Source: Candidatus Fervidifonticultor quintus | GTDB lineage: Bacteria > Sysuimicrobiota > Sysuimicrobiia > Sysuimicrobiales > Humicultoraceae | Assembly (NCBI GenBank): GCA_031459535.1 | Contig: JAVKIJ010000002.1 | Location: 1 to 61,830 of the forward strand | DNA length: 61,830 nt | Reading direction: 5' to 3' | Shown here: positions 39,897 through 48,769 of the stretch, piece after piece | How positions within the stretch are numbered: the first letter of the stretch is position 1 | Layout of the letters: each line of letters begins with the position of its first letter | Position numbers and translations under genes: made by a program | Notes under the pieces: model-generated | Told to the model about the DNA's origin: nothing | Seen by the model: the letters and a program-made list of their open reading frames with translations, nothing else | Databases searched by the model: none

Positions 39897-39946
39897 TGTG
39901 CCGCGGCGTCACCAGCGATCCGGAGGGGGGACCACCGACCCGCATC

Positions 39947-40627
39947 TCACCTGGCTGCAGCGACTGGCAAGCAGGCCGGGCGGGCGTGGTCGGCGGTTGG
40001 CGTTCGGTTCGTGAGCCGCCCGGCGCCCTCCTGCCGGGCGCGCATCATCGGTTCGCCCTCAAGGTGCCGTCGCAGCCGCGCGATGCCCCGAGCCTGGATC
40101 TCCGTGGCCCGGGTGACGGAGAGCGACAGGTGCTGGGCCACGGCTCGAAGAGGCAGGCCGTGCACCATGCGCAGCAGGAGCACCTGGCGATCCCGTGGCG
40201 GCAGGATGGCGAGCCCCTGGCGCAGGCGCCGACGCAGGTCGGCCTCGAGCGCCACGGCCTCGGGGCTCGCGTCTTCGTCGGCGGGGATTGTGGCGGCGCA
40301 GTCCAGCTCGACCAGTTGCAGGCCCGGCCCTTCCGGCGTCGAGGCCGCACCGGTCGCCTGCGCCTTCCTGGCCTTCCGCAGCGCGCGTGGCAGCGGATCG
40401 CGGGCGCGCAGACCGTCGAGGATCGCCCCCCGGATCCGGTGTCCGGCGTAAGCGGAGAACTCTACGCCCCGGCCAGGATCGTAGCGCCGCGCGGCGGCGA
40501 TCAGCCCGATTACCCCGTCGTTGACGAGGTCGTCGATCTCGACACACGACGGCAGCCCGCGGCTCATCGTCCGCGCGATCGCGCTCACCAGCGGCAGGTA
40601 GCTCGTCACCATCGCTCCCATGTCCAT
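39947..40627 (-). CDS. FliA/WhiG (sigma-28)-like RNA polymerase sigma factor
   Basis: DDLVNDGVIGLI..RYDPGRGVEFSAYA.HRIRGAILDGLR region 2; region 4 HTH. Confidence 0.85.
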   Translation of the reverse strand: MDMGAMVTSYLPLVSAIARTMSRGLPSCVEIDDLVNDGVIGLIAAARRYDPGRGVEFSAYAGHRIRGAILDGLRARDPLPRALRKARKAQATGAASTPEGPGLQLVELDCAATIPADEDASPEAVALEADLRRRLRQGLAILPPRDRQVLLLRMVHGLPLRAVAQHLSLSVTRATEIQARGIARLRRHLEGEPMMRARQEGAGRLTNRTPTADHARPACLPVAAAR

Positions 40628-40788
40628 GAGGCACCCCCGAGCAGGCTGATCTCCACTGACCACAGCATGCCGGGCCGCATTCCGCAGGGGGCTGTGCCTG
40701 CCACAAGAGGGGAAGATCCCGGGATGAGGCGTGCTGCGGATGGATGCAGGAGGGCCTGGCGCTATGATGGAGATAGGACCAAGGGGGG

Positions 40789-41583
40789 ATGGGGATGCGC
40801 CTGCAGATCGCCGGGGTGAGGCTGGGGTATGAACAGGACGGCTCCGGACCGCCGCTGGTCCTGATTCATGCCTTTCCGCTGAACCGGGCCATGTGGGGCC
40901 CGCAGGTGGCGGCGCTACGAGATCTGTTCACGGTGATCACACCAGACCTCCGAGGGTTCGGCGAATCGGACGTCCCCTCTGAGCCCCTGACCATCGACGA
41001 CTATGCGCTGGACATCGTGCGGCTGCTCGACGCCCTCGGCCACCGCCGGGTCGCGCTGGCCGGATGCTCCATGGGGGGCTACGTGGCGTTTCGGATCGTC
41101 GCGCGCGCCCCAGAGCGCGTGCACGCCCTGCTGATCGCCGACTCCCGCGCCGAACCTGACACCGAGGAAGGCCGGCAGCGCCGCTGGGCTGCCATCGAGC
41201 GGATCGAGCGCGAGGGGCCCTCGGGCTTCATCGAGGAGTTCGCTGTCAATCTGGTCGGCCCCACCACAAAGGCTCAACGCCCCGGGGTGATGGCCGCGGT
41301 GCGGCAAATCATTGGCATGCCCCATCCCCGGAGCCTCACCACGGCGCTGGCGGCGATGGCCGAGAGGCCCGACAGCCGGCCGATGCTGCCCTCGCTGGCC
41401 ATTCCGGCGCTGGTCGTCGTGGGCGAGGAGGATGCGCTCACCCCTCCGGCCTCCTCCGAAGCCATGGCGCAGGCGATGCCCCGGGCGCGGCTGGTGAAGA
41501 TCCCCTCAGCCGGGCATCTGGCCAACCTGGAAGCGCCAGAGGCGTTCAATCGCGCAGCGCGCGAGTTTCTCTCGTCGCTGTAG
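40789..41583 (+). CDS. Alpha/beta hydrolase (PcaD-like)
   Basis: IHAFP, DLRGFG, GCSMGG nucleophile elbow, GEED, AGHL. Confidence 0.92.
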   Translation: MGMRLQIAGVRLGYEQDGSGPPLVLIHAFPLNRAMWGPQVAALRDLFTVITPDLRGFGESDVPSEPLTIDDYALDIVRLLDALGHRRVALAGCSMGGYVAFRIVARAPERVHALLIADSRAEPDTEEGRQRRWAAIERIEREGPSGFIEEFAVNLVGPTTKAQRPGVMAAVRQIIGMPHPRSLTTALAAMAERPDSRPMLPSLAIPALVVVGEEDALTPPASSEAMAQAMPRARLVKIPSAGHLANLEAPEAFNRAAREFLSSL

Positions 41584-41635
41584 GCACCCCGGCTGCCGGA
41601 CCCCAGAGAGGACCGCCGCTTCCCTGGCTGGGGCG

Positions 41636-44473
41636 CTACGACCCCGCGGTGCCGGCGTGCCGGCGGTCCAGGTCGCGAAAGCGGCCGTGCTCCTTGTGGA
41701 AGAACATCTCCAGATCCGCCACGGGACCGTTGCGATGCTTGGCGATCCGGATCTCGGCCACATTCTCCTTGCCCTCTGACCGCGCCTTGGCCGTATCGTA
41801 GTACTCCTCGCGGTAGATGAAGAGGACCAGGTCGGCCACCTGCTCGAGCTCTCCGCTGTTGTGTACGATCAGGCCGTTCGCCACGAAGTTGTGCGTCCCG
41901 GGCATCACGAGATCGTACACGGGCGCCCGACCCACGGGTACGACGCCCACGACGCGGTCCCACACCACGTCATCTGTCGCCAGGTGGCAGGCGGCTTCGG
42001 CTCGCGGCCCCAATCTGTGCGGCGTCGCCGACGCCGGTTCGGGGACCGGGAGCCACCGGGCTGCGGCCACCATCGTCTCCGCGCGTAGCGCCCCCACGGA
42101 CTTCCAACCCTCTGGCGTCAGCACGGGATGTCTGGCCGTGGCCTTCAGGCGGCGACCGGCGCTGGTGCGTACTTCGAAGATGTCATTCTCGCCCTTGCCG
42201 AAGACCGCGGCAGGCCGGACCGGACCCAGCCGCAGGGCGGCGTCGAGTGAGAGCAGTCTGGGCCAGGACGCGCGCCGCATCAACTCACCGACAGTCAGGC
42301 GGCCGCCGTCCGCGTCCCAGACCACCGTGTCGGCGGTGACGCACTCCCGCAGGTGGGACAGCTGCGGCCGCCGGCTCCCTGTCACCTCCACCACGCGCGA
42401 GAGCTGCGAGATGGCCACCACGGGGATGTCGAGCTCCTTGGCCAGCGACTTGATGGCCCGGGCGATCTCCGAGACCTCTTGTGTGCGGTTCTCGGATCGC
42501 TTGTACGACTGCATCATCTGCAGGTAGTCGATGATGATCAGCCCCAGCCCGTGCTCTGCCTTGAGCTTGCGCGCCTTGGCGCGCATCTCGATGGCCGTCA
42601 CGTTAGCCGAATCGTCGATGAAGATCGGCGCCTCGGAGAGGCGGCCCATGGCGGTGGCCAGCCGCGGCCAGTCCGAGTCGGTGAGGTACCCGCTCCGTAG
42701 CCGCGAGGAGTCCACGCCAGCCTCGCTGCACAACATGCGCTGCACGAGCTGTTCTTTGTTGGTCTCCAGGCTGAAGATCGCCACGGGGATCCTGTGTTCG
42801 ATGGCCGCGTGTTGTGCGATGTTGAGGGCAAAGGTCGTGTTGTGCACGCAGACATCGTTGGCAACGAAGTTGTGTGTCTCGGGTACCGTGAGGTCGTAGA
42901 CCTGGAAGGCCCCGATCTCCTCGATGGCGACCACTTCCTCCCACATGACGTCGATGTCGTCCAGCAGCGAGCGCTGCGCGTTGCGAGCCCAGCGCCGCAG
43001 CCGCTCCCAGCCGAAGATGCCGACCTCGCGGACCAGGGTGAGGGTGGCGGCGACACCCAGGGTGAGGGTGCAGCCCTCCCGCGTGGCCGGGACGCCGAAA
43101 CGCAACAGGAGATGTTGTACGTCCCCCGCCATGCGCTGCGACGGCAGGGTCGCGACACCCTGATATCCGTTGGGATGCTCGACGATCTGCGCGAGCGCGC
43201 CGAGCAGCCGGTTGAGGAACAGCGCCAGTTTCTCCCGGCGGAGCGTGTAGACCACCCGAGGCACCGGCCTGGTCACCGGCGGTTGCGCAAGCTCCTGGTA
43301 CCGCCAGAGTAGATCGGCAACGGCCGCCCCGCCTTCCGCGCCCCCGCTGATGCCGGCCGCCGCCGACCGGGCTCCGCGCGCGCGTGCACCGGCCAGGATC
43401 GCCTCCGCGGCGGCGGCCGCATCGGCGAAGTCCTCGGCGACCTGGGGGCTGGCGGGGAGCTGGCCGGCGCAGAGGTAGGCCATCAGTTTCACCTCGTGAT
43501 CGGGGAGTTCGGCGCGGCCGAAGACCGGCAGGCGGCGCGGCACGGCCACCAGCGTCCCGGGCTCGAGTGCGGCCAGCGGCTCCCATCCCGATGGCGTCAG
43601 GAACGGATGCGTGAGCGTGGTTTCGACCTGGCGGCCACCGCTGGTGCGCACCCGGTAGACCGGCTTGATGCCGTCGTCCACGAAGTGACTGGGGGCCGCC
43701 CGGTGGAAGCAATGGTCCGCGCCCAGCGACAGCAGGTGTGCCCGGCCCTCGGCCACCATCTCCTGGATGGTGCGCACCTCGCCTGTCGCGGCGTCCAGCA
43801 CCTCGGCGTCGAACTTCAGACACTTACCCATGGACGGCCGCGCGGCCACGATGACCAGGTCGGCGGGCTGCAGCCCCGAGGTGATCCTGTCCAGCTCGGC
43901 GAACCCGGTCGGTACGCCGGTGATCGTGCCCTTGTCGCGGTAGCGCCTGTCAATGCGCTCGAAGCTCTCGCGGAGGATCTCGGGCAGGGGCACGAAGTCC
44001 TGGCCCATGCGCCGGCTGGCGATGGAGAAGACCAGTTTCTCGGCCTGATCCACCAGCTCTTCGACGTCCTGGTCTTCGTTGAAACCCATGCTGACGATCT
44101 TGGTGCCCGCTGCGATCATCTGGCGTAGCATGGACTTCTGCACGACGAGCCGCGCATGGTACTCGACGTTGGCTGCGGTGGGGACCGCGTGGAGTAGCGA
44201 GGTCACGTAGGCTGCGCCGCCCACGTCCTCGAGCATCCCTTTTGCGCGCAATCGGTCGGTGACGCTGATCAGGTCGGCAGGTTCGCCGCGCTCGAACAGC
44301 TCGGTGATGACCTGGTAGATCCTGCGATGGGCCTCGCGGTAGAAGTCTTCCTGCCGGACGAGCTCGACCACCCGTGCGATGGCATCGCGCTCCAGTAGCA
44401 TGGATCCCAGTACGCTCTGTTCGGCCTCGAGGTTCTGGGGCGGAACGCGATCTACGGGTGGCCCGATGCTCAT
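41636..44473 (-). CDS. dnaB: Replicative DNA helicase DnaB with two inteins (mature about 455 aa)
   Basis: PPQNLEAEQSVLG, AARPSMGK/TT, IIDYLQ, SQLSR, AKHRNGP. Confidence 0.97.
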   Translation of the reverse strand: MSIGPPVDRVPPQNLEAEQSVLGSMLLERDAIARVVELVRQEDFYREAHRRIYQVITELFERGEPADLISVTDRLRAKGMLEDVGGAAYVTSLLHAVPTAANVEYHARLVVQKSMLRQMIAAGTKIVSMGFNEDQDVEELVDQAEKLVFSIASRRMGQDFVPLPEILRESFERIDRRYRDKGTITGVPTGFAELDRITSGLQPADLVIVAARPSMGKCLKFDAEVLDAATGEVRTIQEMVAEGRAHLLSLGADHCFHRAAPSHFVDDGIKPVYRVRTSGGRQVETTLTHPFLTPSGWEPLAALEPGTLVAVPRRLPVFGRAELPDHEVKLMAYLCAGQLPASPQVAEDFADAAAAAEAILAGARARGARSAAAGISGGAEGGAAVADLLWRYQELAQPPVTRPVPRVVYTLRREKLALFLNRLLGALAQIVEHPNGYQGVATLPSQRMAGDVQHLLLRFGVPATREGCTLTLGVAATLTLVREVGIFGWERLRRWARNAQRSLLDDIDVMWEEVVAIEEIGAFQVYDLTVPETHNFVANDVCVHNTTFALNIAQHAAIEHRIPVAIFSLETNKEQLVQRMLCSEAGVDSSRLRSGYLTDSDWPRLATAMGRLSEAPIFIDDSANVTAIEMRAKARKLKAEHGLGLIIIDYLQMMQSYKRSENRTQEVSEIARAIKSLAKELDIPVVAISQLSRVVEVTGSRRPQLSHLRECVTADTVVWDADGGRLTVGELMRRASWPRLLSLDAALRLGPVRPAAVFGKGENDIFEVRTSAGRRLKATARHPVLTPEGWKSVGALRAETMVAAARWLPVPEPASATPHRLGPRAEAACHLATDDVVWDRVVGVVPVGRAPVYDLVMPGTHNFVANGLIVHNSGELEQVADLVLFIYREEYYDTAKARSEGKENVAEIRIAKHRNGPVADLEMFFHKEHGRFRDLDRRHAGTAGS
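41858..42343 (-). mobile_element. DnaB mini-intein 2 (162 aa)
   Basis: LRE|CVTAD...ATARHP...VYDLVMPGTHNFVANGLIVHN|SG. Confidence 0.95.
42839..43822 (-). mobile_element. DnaB intein 1 (328 aa) in the Walker A motif, with degenerate LAGLIDADG remnant
   Basis: GK|CLKFD...TLTHPF...VYDLTVPETHNFVANDVCVHN|T. Confidence 0.95.
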
Positions 44474-44475
44474 GG

Positions 44476-44533
44476 CGAACTCCTGTTCGTACTTTGGAAC
44501 CCTAGATTATCGAACAAACGTACGGTATGTCAA
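44476..44533 (-). promoter_or_regulatory. dnaB promoter with two Gram-positive-type LexA (SOS) boxes
   Basis: CGAAC-TCCT-GTTCG (44476-44489) over the SD; CGAAC-AAAC-GTACG (44511-44524) between TTGACA and TAATCT. Confidence 0.82.
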
Positions 44534-44585
44534 GCCCTCATCGGGCGCACCGGAGAGGCTTTGGGCGTGCCGGTGCACGACTCCT

Positions 44586-44671
44586 TGGGGACAGCGTGTG
44601 AATTTGCAGCTAATTCCCTGCGGACTGTCTGAGGAGAGGTCCTGGACCAGTTCCGGACACGCTGGGGACGC
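44586..44671. promoter_or_regulatory. 11-bp-phased array of degenerate DnaA-box-like 9-mers
   Basis: TGGGGACAG, TGTGAATTT, (gap), TGCGGACTG, TGAGGAGAG, CCTGGACCA, TCCGGACAC, TGGGGACGC at exact 11-bp steps. Confidence 0.6.
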
Positions 44672-44696
44672 ACGTGCGCGGCGTCGGGACGGCGCG

Positions 44697-45143
44697 CTAC
44701 CGGATCCCGGTGACGTTGAGGTCCACATGGACCACGACACCCGGGGCCACGCGGACCGGCACCTGATAGAACCCTTCGAGGCGAATGGGTTCTTCCAGTT
44801 CAATCTGTTTGCGCGAGACGGCAAAGCCCTTCTGCGCCAGCGCCTGGGCGATCTGCTGCGATGTCACTGCCCCGAACAGCCGGCCCCCTTCGCCGGCCCG
44901 GCTGCGGATTTCGAGGACGATGCTGCGCAGGCGCTGCACCTGCTGGTCAACCTGGTGCTGTCTGCGCTGGGCACGGCGCTGCTCGGCGAGCTTCTGGTTG
45001 GCCAGTGCACGAACGGCGCCTTCGCTGGCGGGCATCGCCAGTCCCCGCGGGATCAGATAGTTGCGGGCGTGCCCTTCCTTGACCTCCCGGACCTCGCCGG
45101 CCGCGCCGGTTCCGGGGACATCCTTCAGCAGGATCACCTTCAT
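44697..45143 (-). CDS. rplI: 50S ribosomal protein L9
   Basis: MKVILLKDV..G..VKEGHARNYLIP, RLFGAVT. Confidence 0.97.
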   Translation of the reverse strand: MKVILLKDVPGTGAAGEVREVKEGHARNYLIPRGLAMPASEGAVRALANQKLAEQRRAQRRQHQVDQQVQRLRSIVLEIRSRAGEGGRLFGAVTSQQIAQALAQKGFAVSRKQIELEEPIRLEGFYQVPVRVAPGVVVHVDLNVTGIR

Positions 45144-45147
45144 GGCG

Positions 45148-46131
45148 TCAGGCTCCCGGGGCCGCTGGTCGGGGCTGCCCCCACCGTTCTCGGACCTTCA
45201 GGACCGAATCGAGCAGCCCCAGCGCAAACACCACGATGCCCATCACGGGAATCACGAACACCATGGCGACCGCCGTTATCTGCGCAAACCGCCCAAACCC
45301 GTAGTTCCCGAGGATGACCCACCCCGCGACCAGGCCCTGCAGCATGAAGACCATCTGCATGGTCAGCACCAGGCTCATCCCCGCGCTGCGGATCACCGGG
45401 GGGGCCCCTTGCTGGCTCCCGGACACCAGGAGCAGGTAGCTGAGGGGGATCAGCCAGACCGCCGGCGCCGGCACCCGCCAGGTGCGCAGCGGCGGCAGGG
45501 ACGGCCACCGATACCCGAACCGCTGCAGGACGCGCCGCCCGACCTCATAGTTGAGCCAGGCAGCGATCAGCGCGCCGAACACGAGGATCGCCGGGAGCAG
45601 GTAGGGGAACAACTGCGCCACCTGGCGGACCTGCGCCGTGGTCGCGTCAATCTGGGCGGGCGACATGCCCAGGCGCGCGTAGACGCCGGCGGCCATGTCC
45701 GCGCTGCGCTCCATGGTCTTGGTCATCTCTTCCACGCTGAGGCGCTGGCCGCCCAACAGCCCGACGAAGTTCAAGAGCGTGGCTGCGAAGGACACCAGGG
45801 CGCCGAGCAGCACGGTGCGCGTCGCCGGCCAACTGCGCTGCGCCCCGATGCCCAGCACGAGGCCCATGGGTGCGAACGAGATGAGGATGGCCAGCCCCAC
45901 CAGCGGACCGGCCAGCATGGCGCCTACGAGCGTGGCCGCCACGGCGGCGATGGCGGCGGTCCTCAGGCCGTGACGGACGACCAGCACGGCCAGCGGTAGG
46001 GGACACAGCAGCGCCGTCGCGATGCCGACCACGGGGAGATATCGAGTGGCGACCGCAAAGAGCGCCACCAGGGCGGCCAGGATCGCGCCCTCTGTCAGGC
46101 CGTGGGTTCGCATGCCGCGCGCAGCTACCAT
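45148..46131 (-). CDS. YybS/DUF2232 membrane protein
   Basis: LTEGAILAAL N-terminus; multi-TM; conserved position between rpsR and rplI. Confidence 0.88.
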   Translation of the reverse strand: MVAARGMRTHGLTEGAILAALVALFAVATRYLPVVGIATALLCPLPLAVLVVRHGLRTAAIAAVAATLVGAMLAGPLVGLAILISFAPMGLVLGIGAQRSWPATRTVLLGALVSFAATLLNFVGLLGGQRLSVEEMTKTMERSADMAAGVYARLGMSPAQIDATTAQVRQVAQLFPYLLPAILVFGALIAAWLNYEVGRRVLQRFGYRWPSLPPLRTWRVPAPAVWLIPLSYLLLVSGSQQGAPPVIRSAGMSLVLTMQMVFMLQGLVAGWVILGNYGFGRFAQITAVAMVFVIPVMGIVVFALGLLDSVLKVRERWGQPRPAAPGA

Positions 46132-46176
46132 TCTGCGCTCCGGCCTCGGCGTCCGGGCTGCGGGGTGGCGACCCGC

Positions 46177-46425
46177 CTACTCACCCGTATACGGCAGCAT
46201 GGCCAGCTCCCGGGCGCGCTTGATGGCCACCGCCAGCATCCGCTGGTGCTTGGCGCAGTTGCCGGAGACGCGCCGGGGCAAGATCTTCCCCCGATCGGTC
46301 ACGTACCGCCGCACCCGCAGTGCGTCTTTGAAGTCGATCTCCTTCACCTTTTCGGCGCAGAATGCGCAGCTCTTGCGCTTGGGCCGCCGGCCGCGCCACT
46401 GTTTCTTCGGGGCTGCCTCAACCAT
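46177..46425 (-). CDS. rpsR: 30S ribosomal protein S18 (zinc-binding form)
   Basis: [28 protein letters not shown]. Confidence 0.97.
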   Translation of the reverse strand: MVEAAPKKQWRGRRPKRKSCAFCAEKVKEIDFKDALRVRRYVTDRGKILPRRVSGNCAKHQRMLAVAIKRARELAMLPYTGE

Positions 46426-46449
46426 GCGATGCCTCCACCTCGATCGGGA

Positions 46450-46842
46450 CTAGAAGGGAACCTCCTGTTCAGACTCTTCGGCAAACTCTTCGTTCTGGGC
46501 CACACCGGCCGGCGCGCCGGTCGCCTTGCGGTCGAGGAAGCGCACCCCGTCTGCAACCACTTCGGCAACCTTGCGCTTCTGCCCATCCTGCGTCTCGTAC
46601 GAGCGGATCTGCAACCGGCCTTCGACGGCCACCAGCCGGCCCTTGCTGAGATGCTGGCTCACCTGCTCGGCCAACTTGCGCCACGCGACGATATCGATGA
46701 AATCGGTCTCGCGCTCACCCTGCTGGTTGGCAAACGGTCGGTCGACGGCGAGGGTGAACGACGCCACCGGGTGCCCGCTCGGGACATAGCGGAGCTCGGG
46801 GTCACGGGTGAGCCGGCCGATCAACACGATTCGGTTGAGCAC
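46450..46842 (-). CDS. ssb: Single-stranded DNA-binding protein
   Basis: LNRIVLIGRLTRDPELRY; acidic tail ending EVPF. Confidence 0.97.
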   Translation of the reverse strand: MLNRIVLIGRLTRDPELRYVPSGHPVASFTLAVDRPFANQQGERETDFIDIVAWRKLAEQVSQHLSKGRLVAVEGRLQIRSYETQDGQKRKVAEVVADGVRFLDRKATGAPAGVAQNEEFAEESEQEVPF

Positions 46843-46865
46843 GGTGCTCCCTCCCTCTCGCAGGG

Positions 46866-47276
46866 CTACGCCTGTGATGCCTCAGCCTTTGGTGACTCGA
46901 CCGCCGTGGCGTCGCGAGGACCTCCAGCCGGGGTGTGTTCGGCCGCGCCCACAGCCGCCCCAGCGGGGGCGGCGGGTTTCTGCGACAGGGGTCCGACGGC
47001 TGAGGTAATAGAGGCGCGCAACACGTCTTCAATGATTCTCAGGTCGTGCCGGATGCCCGGGATACGATCGCCGGAGGCGGCAAAGCGCGTGAACACGTAG
47101 TAGCCCTCCCGATAGCGCTGAATGGGATACGCCATGCGCCGCTTCCCCCAGGCCTCAGTGTGCTCAATGGTCGCACCATGCTCGACCAGACGCTGGGTCG
47201 CCCGGTTGATGACGGCACTGATGGCCTCCGCCTCAAGGTCGGGCTTCACAATATAGACAAGGTCGTAACTGGGCAA
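46866..47276 (-). CDS. rpsF: 30S ribosomal protein S6
   Basis: [27 protein letters not shown] start after GGAGGAGGAG. Confidence 0.96.
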   Translation of the reverse strand: MPSYDLVYIVKPDLEAEAISAVINRATQRLVEHGATIEHTEAWGKRRMAYPIQRYREGYYVFTRFAASGDRIPGIRHDLRIIEDVLRASITSAVGPLSQKPAAPAGAAVGAAEHTPAGGPRDATAVESPKAEASQA

Positions 47277-47282
47277 CGACTT

Positions 47283-47385
47283 CTCCTCCTCCTGTGGACT
47301 CCCGGGCCGGCCACGCTGCCCGGGGGGCGTCTCGCCCGCGGCCCACCATCTCGACCAGGCGCCGGTGGAGGGCAGGAGGAACGCG
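47283..47385 (-). ncRNA. S6:S18 ribosomal protein leader RNA
   Basis: 5' UCCUCCUG-CCC can pair with the SD-containing CAGGAGGA; CCC motif adjacent to the stem; lies between promoter and rpsF. Confidence 0.78.
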
Positions 47386-47420
47386 CGGTCCACACCACGC
47401 GCGTTCGGCAAGCGACGCCA

Positions 47421-47449
47421 ATTGTATCATCGGCCGGGGGTGGGCACAA
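47421..47449 (-). promoter_or_regulatory. Sigma-70 promoter of rpsF-ssb-rpsR
   Basis: TTGTGC-N17-TACAAT with TG extension. Confidence 0.75.
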
Positions 47450-47458
47450 GTACGGGGT

Positions 47459-48553
47459 CTAGACCGCAAAGCGCACGGTCATCACGTCGCCGTCGGCGAC
47501 GACATAGTCACGGCCTTCTGTCCGCACCAGGCCATGTTCGCGCGCGGCATGCAGGCTCCCCTGCGCCACCAGTACATCCCATGGGATCACCTCGGCCCTG
47601 ATGAAGCCGCGCTGCATGTCGGTGTGGATCTGCCCGGCCGCCTCGGCCGCGTGCGTGCCGCGCCGTACCGGCCAGGCGCGTACCTCGTTGGACAGCACGG
47701 TGAAGAAGCTAATGAGGCCGAGCAGCGAGAAGCAGGCACGGATCAGCCGCGGCAACCCGGGTTCCCGCAGACCCACGGCTTCGAGATAGGCCTGCGCGTC
47801 ATCAGGCGACAGGTCTTGCAGCTCCGCCTCAAGCTTCGCGGCCAGGGCGACGAACGCCGCGCCCTGACGGTCGGCAAGCGCCCGCACCGCCGCGGCGTGG
47901 GCTCCGCCGTCGGGCAGGGCGGCCTCGTCCACATTGGCCACGTAGATCACGGGCTTGGCGGTCAGCAACCTGAGGGTCCGGACGACCTCGCGGGCCGGTT
48001 CCTCAAGGGTCTGCCGGCGCACGGGTACACCCTCGGCGAGCCGTGCCTCGAGATGCTGGAGCGAGGCGACCAGCTCGCGCGCGTGGGAATCGCCGCTCTT
48101 GGCACGGGCGGCGGCGGCGTGCCGTGTGCGCTCCACGGCCTCGAGGTCGGCCAGCGCCATCTCGGTCTCCACGATCTCGGCGTCGCGCACCGGGTTGAGG
48201 CTTCCTTCTATGATGGCCACATCGGTGCCGAGGAAGCAGCGCACCACGTGCACGATGGCATCCACTTCCCGAATGTGGGCCAGGAACCGGTTGCCCAGAC
48301 CTTCGCCGCGGGACGCGCCCCGCACCAACCCGGCGATGTCGATGAAGCGTACGGTGGCCGGCACAATGCGCTCGGGGTGGAGGACCGCCGCCAGCGCCTG
48401 GAGCCGGCCGTCGGGCACGGCGACCTGGCCCAGGTTGGGGTCAATGGTCGTGAAAGGATAGGTGGCTACCGGGGCGCTGCCACGGGTGAGGGCGTTGAAC
48501 AGGGTCGACTTCCCGGCGTTGGGCAGACCGACGAGCCCGAGGGCCAGGCTCAT
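47459..48553 (-). CDS. ychF: Redox-regulated ATPase YchF
   Basis: [40 protein letters not shown]. Confidence 0.97.
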   Translation of the reverse strand: MSLALGLVGLPNAGKSTLFNALTRGSAPVATYPFTTIDPNLGQVAVPDGRLQALAAVLHPERIVPATVRFIDIAGLVRGASRGEGLGNRFLAHIREVDAIVHVVRCFLGTDVAIIEGSLNPVRDAEIVETEMALADLEAVERTRHAAAARAKSGDSHARELVASLQHLEARLAEGVPVRRQTLEEPAREVVRTLRLLTAKPVIYVANVDEAALPDGGAHAAAVRALADRQGAAFVALAAKLEAELQDLSPDDAQAYLEAVGLREPGLPRLIRACFSLLGLISFFTVLSNEVRAWPVRRGTHAAEAAGQIHTDMQRGFIRAEVIPWDVLVAQGSLHAAREHGLVRTEGRDYVVADGDVMTVRFAV

Positions 48554-48765
48554 GGGCCCGTGTCGTCGAAGTCGGGGCCGCGGCGGATGAACTGCCGGAT
48601 CCGCCGCTCGAACTTCACGCGCGGCAGCAGCACACGCCGACCGCACTTGAGACAGCGGATGCCGATATCCGCGCCCAGGCGCACGACCTCCCACTGGTCG
48701 TTGCCGCAGGGATGAGTCTTACGCATGCGCACCACGTCGCCGAGGACGATCTTCAGGACTGGCAC
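48550..48765 (-). CDS. DUF951 family protein
   Basis: [14 protein letters not shown]...[15 protein letters not shown]; usual ychF neighbour. Confidence 0.92.
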   Translation of the reverse strand: MPVLKIVLGDVVRMRKTHPCGNDQWEVVRLGADIGIRCLKCGRRVLLPRVKFERRIRQFIRRGPDFDDTGP

Positions 48766-48769
48766 TTCA

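Noticed and set aside
44586-44671. DnaA-box-like array as the replication origin
   Set aside because: No perfect TTATCCACA box, no extended AT-rich unwinding element and no dnaA/dnaN nearby; kept only as a regulatory candidate
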